Below, piece after piece: positions 57,061 to 64,000 of a DNA stretch of 64,000 bases. A model generated the notes under the pieces. It was not told the DNA's origin. It saw nothing but the letters and a program-made list of their open reading frames with translations, and searched no databases. The stretch is from positions 328,418 through 392,417 of the forward strand of contig NW_003314313.1 of the NCBI RefSeq assembly GCF_000143415.4, read 5' to 3'. This DNA is from Selaginella moellendorffii. Its lineage: Eukaryota > Plantae > Lycopodiophyta. The first letter of the stretch is position 1, and every line of letters starts with the position of its first letter. The translations under genes and the position numbers were made by a program.

Positions 57061-60000
57061 ACTCCCACGTGTCATGTGTTGGTCCTTTTGGGTCCCTTTT
57101 TGGAGCCTCTCCTTTTGCTCGCTTCGTGCTCATTCCTCGAGCACTTCGTTGGGAGTTCCACTCCCGCTCTTGACTTTTCAAGTCGGAGCTTTTGGTCCAA
57201 ACGTGTTACGCTCTTTTGGCTCTCGCTTCGGCCACTACCATGTGGCGCCCTTCCGGCTCCACTTTGGGGCCTAGGGATTTTGTGTCTCACAACTCCACCA
57301 CCCATAGACGAAGTTCGATGTCCTCATCGAACGGTAAACCATTTTGTAAAGTAACACCCGTATGTGTCACCATTTCCATCCTTGGCACCTAGCCAATATT
57401 TGTCAATGGTTTGACATTGAAGGCTCACCATGCCTTTTGCATATGCCTCAATGGTTTGACACCAAAGACTTACCATGCCTTGCCTATCCTCTAAGGAGGG
57501 TAGTCTCCCCAACTTAGAGACTGATTGGACCACAAGGATTGGTTCTCTCCTTTTATTGGTTTAGTTCTCGCTAAACCTCTTAGAGTCCCTTCTCTAAGTC
57601 AAACCCACTACTCCTTCTTGAGTAGTCTCAATTTCCATCGATATAACCTTTGCACTTTGGAACTTTGAATTTTGACTTCTTGGAGTCAATTTCCTAGGTG
57701 TCTCCGACACCTTGCCTTGCACCTTTTGTGCAACTCCACTTCCCATCCTAGGAAGTTCTCTACTCGAGGGCACCATCATCCTCTCTTCTATTTCGTGCCA
57801 AAGTTCTAGTTATCATACTTTGTGCTAGGGCTGTTCATGGCCCTATCATTTGGCTACCTTACCGCTCCCTCCCTTGGAGCTTCCACTTTTGCCAAATCGG
57901 AGCAATTCGGAATCCTTCCTTGGAAACACACTTCCTTTCCCGCAACTTGTTAGCGTCCAACACATTAGTGTTCCTCGCCTAACTTTGTCACTTGGATTCC
58001 TTCCAAGGGATTCCACGGCCCTATCTTGGCCATTCATCTTTTGCTCCTATCCGTTGATTGTTGCACCAAACAACATCAAATCTCTACCTCCCTCCTTGAG
58101 GTATTGTTTCGGTTCCATAGCAAAGACTCTTCTTTGCCAAGTCCGGAGGATGTTCACCCCTAGTACGTCTCTTTAGCATCTTCTGCTATAGGCTCTATCC
58201 ACGGCCCAACTTCGTGACCCTCCCATGGGTCTTTTATAGAGACTACTTTCCTCGGACTCACTATGCCATTGCACGGACATAGTTTATTTCCCTTAGGTGC
58301 TCTTCCCACTTGGTTATCACGACCAAGCCACACCACCTTAAACAGTTCAATTTCAACATTTTGAACCAGGAACTTCATTCCTTAGCCAACCAAGGACCTT
58401 GTCCTTATCTGGCCATAAGATCACCTAGTGATCTCACCTTGGCACCTTAACAGAGTTGCCAAGAGGTACTTGGTCTTCTAGACCTCCAAGTTGTTGACTA
58501 TAACCCCGGGGGCATCCCCCACACTTGGCGGTGCACCCAAGCTAGCCCTTACGGCCAAGGGTTCATAGCAACTGAGATTAGGTGTCCCCATCTCACTCAC
58601 CACGACCTTGGTGCCACTTGCACCAAAGTGTTCAAGTTAGATATGCTGAGCTTTCACACTAAGCAATCTAACCGTGCATCACGACTCCGAGGCATCCCTC
58701 GCTTGGCGGTGTGCCCAAACCAGTCTCCCCACTGAGAGTCCATGACCACCGAAATATGAGTGTCCTCATATTCCAAACCATCACCACGCCCTAGTGATTT
58801 GGGACTCGAACCCAAGCACTAGAGGGTCGGGACTCGAACCCAACCTCCGTATATGCATCTACGGACGGCATCACACTAGATGCCGGGCGTGACTCCCCAC
58901 GCCGGTGCACCAACCTATTTTTAAAGCGCGCTACAGATCACAGCTTAGGAACCTAGTTCCTCCACACTGCCAAGTCCTCTCACTTGACATGTCTGTGATC
59001 ATGCATGGACTCCTCCATGCTCGGCCCCATGGCCCACCCTTTTTGAAGTTATCACCTTCAACTAGGGTCTTTGTTCCCCCGACGTGCCAATCTCACTTGG
59101 CAAGTCCTCCGACCATTGTAACATGGTTCCTGCATAAGCGTGAAAGTCCTTGACCATCGACTTTCGTTCAAAGCCCTCTCTTTGAACACTCGGGAACTAC
59201 TTCCCTAACCTTGATAACCTTGCCTCATGGCAAGCTTCAAAACCACGCTTCTGCTGCGCCACTCTGATTTCGCGCGTTCCATGAACCATTTACACTTGGC
59301 CTTTCTAGGTACTACGCTACCTAGAATCGTCTTTGGGAACCTTGAAGGAACTCTGTCCCTCAGCTTGCTAAGGCCTCCCCTTTCGCAAGCTTTATAGTTG
59401 CCATATAGTCTAACATGGACAATTCCATATTTTAGACTCTCTATGGCATCACGGTTGCTAGCAACAACATCCTCGAGCACCCTCTTGATTCTCCACTCCC
59501 AACTTTCATAACCACTATTGGATATGCCCTTTGATTTCTATGGTTCAATTCCATCCCAATACTACTTGCTTTTGGCTTCACACCTTTCCTTCGGTCATTC
59601 TCCTCCAGACCAGGAGGATAGCTTTGCACTTTCTGTCATGCTTTAGCAAGTATTCTTAGGGATGGACCTACCCAATAGCCTAGGGAGTGGTTCCTCAATC
59701 CGGGTATGCTCACCTTATAATCCCACACACTGGGATTACATTGTTGCTTATGGGCCTTTACATGCCCATCACTAGCCTTGCCAAAATTCCATTTTTGGCT
59801 TTGTCCAATTCGGGTAGACAGTCCTCTCCTGTCTCCGCAACCTTGGACATTTGGATAGCACCTTCTATCCATCATTCGCTAGGGACTTAGTCCCTTGGGC
59901 TTTATCCATTGCCCTCGCGACATCAAACACCACCTTTTGGTGTTCTAGAGTGTTCGGGTGTCCCAATGATGGCTTTCTTGACAATGAGTATTTCCTTTTA

Positions 60001-62392
60001 TGACATTGACTTACTATATCGCAACACAAGCAACTTATCCCCCGTAAGGGTATATCCAACTTCATTATGCTATTAAGAAGTCTTGGGTAGCTACCTTCTA
60101 CCCGTTTAACCAGTTATTTTGCACCTCTTGCTTAGTTGCCTCATAGTTGTCAAGTCCTACAACTCATTGCTTGGTGCTTTCACACCTCCATCATTATCTG
60201 GGTCACCACACTCCAACTGCATGCTCTGCAGCTTAGGCTATGCTATTCCCATTTCCATTGGGATTCCTTTGGCAAGGGGTTCTCATGAACCCACCAACAT
60301 AGCCTCAAGGTATCACACCTTGGCACATTTGGTGTCTCCACACCATTGGCTCCACGAGCCTACCTCTATGACATTTCCCCTTCGTGTCTAAGTCTTTGCC
60401 AAGACCAACACCGCTCTTTCTCATGCCAACCATCCGTTAGCACTGCACCATAGAGGTCACACACAACTTTATGTCAGAGTTGTTTTCTTCTGGGAACACC
60501 TTTCCCATAACTTTAGCATGGCCTATTTTGCCATTGATGAGATACCCTCTGTTCTCATCCTTGGATCCTATGATCCCCCCCCCCATCCTTTGTGGGGTAC
60601 AACACACCTTAGTCCAAATGCTTCCATCAGTCCTTTTAGGACCATCCGTTGACTCTACTTGAGTCATCCAGCAATTTTGGACTTGGTTAATCCACAGACC
60701 CGTAAGGTCCTACTTGTGAGGCACTAGCTCACTGGAATACACTTCTTGCATTTCTGTCCTACTCAAAAGGACTATTTTCACAAGTGTTACTCCGACACTT
60801 GATTTTGTTCTCTGGGGGCAACCTTTGCCCCTTAGGACTACTTGTCCATGTGATGAGAATACCAACTCATCCACTCAATACACCCCCAACTCCTTGGGTT
60901 GTTCCAGCATTTATTAGAGGTAGCCCCGGCTACCATTTCAAGGACTTGAGTCCTCTTCCGTATTTGACCTTCCACGGTCATTACCTTTGGTCTCACATTC
61001 ATGAGCACCAACCTCAACTATATGAGGATAATCTTGTGACTCCTTTATTGTTTTGGAGTCTCTATCTTTCCCGTGATCCCAACTTTGGTTGTTTACCACA
61101 ACAACCTTAGCCAATTTGCTGAGACAAATGCTCATCCGGATCACATCCTCAACTCAATGAGGAAAACCTTGCACTGTTCCCAAGATCCCAAAGTCGTTCC
61201 ATTATTGGCACTTTTCTATCCACCACCTCGTCTACAAGTTCACACATGAACTGTAATGGAGAGCCATGTCTTCCCGACTTGCTACTCCTCAAGGATAGAC
61301 CCACTCCTTGGACCTTCCGATGCCAACACTAGTGGTGATATACTTGAGCACCAATAAAAGTCGGACTAAGGAACAGCTCCGATACCAAATTGTAAGCGAC
61401 TAAATTTTCCATTCTACTTTAGTCACTTAACCACACCTCCGACCACTTGGAGGAGTCTCATTCACAACCTCCATAAGTCCAATCCAGGACTTGGGACTTG
61501 CTAGCCCCGAGAATGGCATCCATGCCACTCAACATTTGCACTTGGTCCAAGTGCTCCACGTGTCCGATCCCATGACCGACACTCAAAGGTACCACCGACA
61601 TAGCAGCCCGTTACGCTAAGGCCATGCCCAATCACCTTTGCCACACTGGTAGTCCAATACCACTTGCATCACAGTCTTGGCTCCCCAAGACTAGGCAAAC
61701 CATCCGTGAGTGGTCATCTCAGATCCACTCCTTAGCATCCTTAGGATGCCCACCGACAAGGGGAATAGCCTTCCCCAATATCCCTCTGTCAGTCCCCACT
61801 AAGTCCCTTTCTGCCCCTGGCCATGTTTGCCAACACTGCCACTGGACCGAGACCCACAGGCCCGACCACTAAGTCCCACGGTCCTCTGGGACTTCCTCAC
61901 CACACGACTGTGTCCTTGGTCACTACCCCAGAGGACTGCTCCTCTTCCTTTCCACAGTCTGGGCCTTTGGGACAACATTTCGGAACACCGTGGCCTTACG
62001 CGAGCCACCTGGGTACTCTCCTCACCTTCTGCCCTTGGGTGCTCTAGCCATGGGCTTAGAGCGGGTTCCGTTGAGCCACACCAGGTATCCAAGTAGGTAG
62101 TGCCACCCACACTTGGACTGGGAGCATCGGCCAGTCGATCTCCCGGGGGAACTAGAGCCGGCTCTTGAACACTTCACCAAGCTACCCCGCTTGTCGGTCT
62201 GTGTTCACTCTAGTCTTGGACTTCCCAGTGGGCAGCTCATCACCCAACACTGGGTCCGGCCTTCCTGGGCCAAACTGGCCTTTCCTGGCCAAACTGGCTC
62301 CACTGTAGTCCTCCCCCTACTATACTTTTGGGGCTCACCAAACCCCCCAGGGTCTGGGAGACGAACGCTTTGGGCTTTCACCCTCTCAGGCT

Positions 62393-62487
62393 CCGGACTC
62401 GGACTCGGACTCGGACTCGGACTCGGACTCAGACTCGGACTCGGATTCGGACTCGGGCTCGGGCTCGGGCTCGGTCTCGGCCTCGGC

Positions 62488-62518
<31 letters not shown>

Positions 62519-62822
62519 CCGGTCTCGGTCCCGGTCTCGGTCTCGACTTCGGACTCCATCTCGGACTCCATCTCGGACTCCATCTCGGACTCCATCTCGG
62601 GTCCATCTCGGGTCCATCTCGGACTCCATCTCGGACTCCATCTCGGACTCCATCTCGGACTCCATCTCGGGTCCATCTCAGACTCCATCTCGGACTCCAT
62701 TTCGGGTCCATCTCGGGTCCACCTCGGACTCCATCTCGGACTCCATCTCGGACTCCATCTCGGGTCCATCTCGGGTCCACCTCAGACTCCATCTCGGACT
62801 CCAACTCGAGTCCATCTCGGAC
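62393..62822. repeat. Tandem array within the second LTR, shorter than the first
   Basis: Same units with a different copy number. Confidence 0.95.
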
Positions 62823-63155
62823 ACTCCCACGTGTCATGTGTTGGTCCTTTTGGGTCCCTTTTTGGAGCCTCTCCTTTTGCTCGCTTCGTGCTCATTCCTC
62901 GAGCACTTCGTTGGGAGTTCCACTCCCGCTCTTGACTTTTCAAGTCGGAGCTTTTGGTCCAAACGTGTTACGCTCTTTTGGCTCTCGCTTCGGCCACTAC
63001 CATGTGGCGCCCTTCCGGCTCCACTTTGGGGCCTAGGGATTTTGTGTCTCACATATATGGCATCATAACCATACACTTGGACTTCACTCCTCTCCAAATA
63101 ATGGAAGGGTTTTTTTGTAAATGGACTAGGATTTGGAGGAATATTAAGAGGAGGC

Positions 63156-63865
63156 TGTAAGTGGCTAAATTCTCCATTTTATTTTAATCAGTTAACCATA
63201 CTTCCAACTATTTAAAGGAGTCTCCATAAGTTTTATTCTAAACTTAGGGCTTGCCAGCCTTGAGAATGGCATCCTTGCCAGCCCTGAGAATGGCATCCTT
63301 ACCAACCCTGAGAATGGCATTTTTGCCACTCAACTTTTGCATTTGGTCTAAGTGTTTCACATGTTCAATCCTATGACCAACACCCAAAGGTACCACCAAT
63401 ATATCAACCCATTATGCTAAGGCCATGCCTTTTCATTTTTGCCACACTAGTGGTCCAAGACCACCTGCATCATAATCCTGTCTTTCAAAGATTGGGCCAT
63501 CTGTCTATGAGTGGTCATCCTAGATCCATTCATTAGCATCCTTAAGATGCCTGCAAATATAGGGAACAGCCTTCCCTAATATTTCTTTTTTCAATCCCCA
63601 CTAAGTCCCTCTTTGTTCATAGCTGTGTTCGCCAACACTGCCACTGGGTCAAGAGCCATAGACTCGACCACCAAGTCCCACTGTCCTCTGGGACTTCCTC
63701 ACCATATGATCATATCCTTGGTCACCACACCAAAGGACTACTCTTCTTCCTTTCCACAATCAAGGATTTTGGGACAACATTTCGGAACACTGTGGCCATT
63801 TGTAAGTCTCATGGGTACTCTCCCCACCTCTTGCCTTTGGGTGCTCTAGCCATGGGCTTAGAGTG
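63156..63865 (-). mobile_element. Truncated older LTR copy of the element A family
   Basis: Starts TGTAAGTGGCTAAATT, colinear with 55582-~56255, with a local triplication of CC(C/T)TGAGAATGGCAT. Confidence 0.85.
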
Positions 63866-64000
63866 AAGTTTTATATGCCCACTTAGAATAGGAGAATCAT
63901 GGTAAGCATGGAAAAACTATAGAATAAAGATTGAAGGCACCATTAGCCATAAATGATCATCAGGATCCATCCCCACAAAGTAAAGAAGGCCGTTTTCAAA

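Larger units (their letters stand above)
55582..63053 (-). mobile_element. Non-autonomous LTR retrotransposon (LARD-like, element A), 7.47 kb
   Basis: LTRs at 55582-57291 and 61391-63053 (TG...CA, nearly identical), TSD TATAT. PBS TGGTATCGGAGC on the minus strand at 61376-61387, PPT-like GGGTGGTGGAG at ~57293-57303. The 4.1-kb interior has no long ORF. Confidence 0.95.

Noticed and set aside
56304-57354. ORFs rich in SD, RS, GL or ES repeats (also 62113-63068 and 42187-42582)
   Set aside because: They are translations of stop-free tandem arrays inside LTRs, open in most frames.

Overview
Eukaryotic nuclear DNA from a non-seed land plant, most likely the lycophyte Selaginella. This is inferred from introns of about 50-70 nt, GC-rich tightly packed genes and several intronless PLS-class PPR genes. 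The 1-26.5 kb block is gene-dense. It holds a rearranged pseudogenised duplicate carrying a TRIM, two orphan ORFs, two PPR genes, HCF136, a UGT, a GT47, an F-box/LRR gene, tRNA-Trp and tRNA-Ile, SEC31, plastid RPL29, an 8-Cys secreted protein and an intronless restriction-endonuclease-fold plus kinase-fold gene resembling Crinkler-type effectors. The 26.5-47.6 kb block is a transposon island with a three-level LTR retrotransposon nest. The youngest member is a near-intact chromovirus with a self-priming PBS and a GGGAAAC -1 frameshift site. The island also contains a MITE, a second TRIM and a PPR-derived filler sequence. From 47.8 to 55.2 kb lie an oligopeptidase A pseudogene, AP-1 gamma adaptin and a small DnaJ gene. 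From 55.6 to 64 kb lies a recent non-autonomous LTR element whose 1.7 kb LTRs contain tandem arrays. All coordinates were read by eye, and family assignments come from motif recognition, not database searches.
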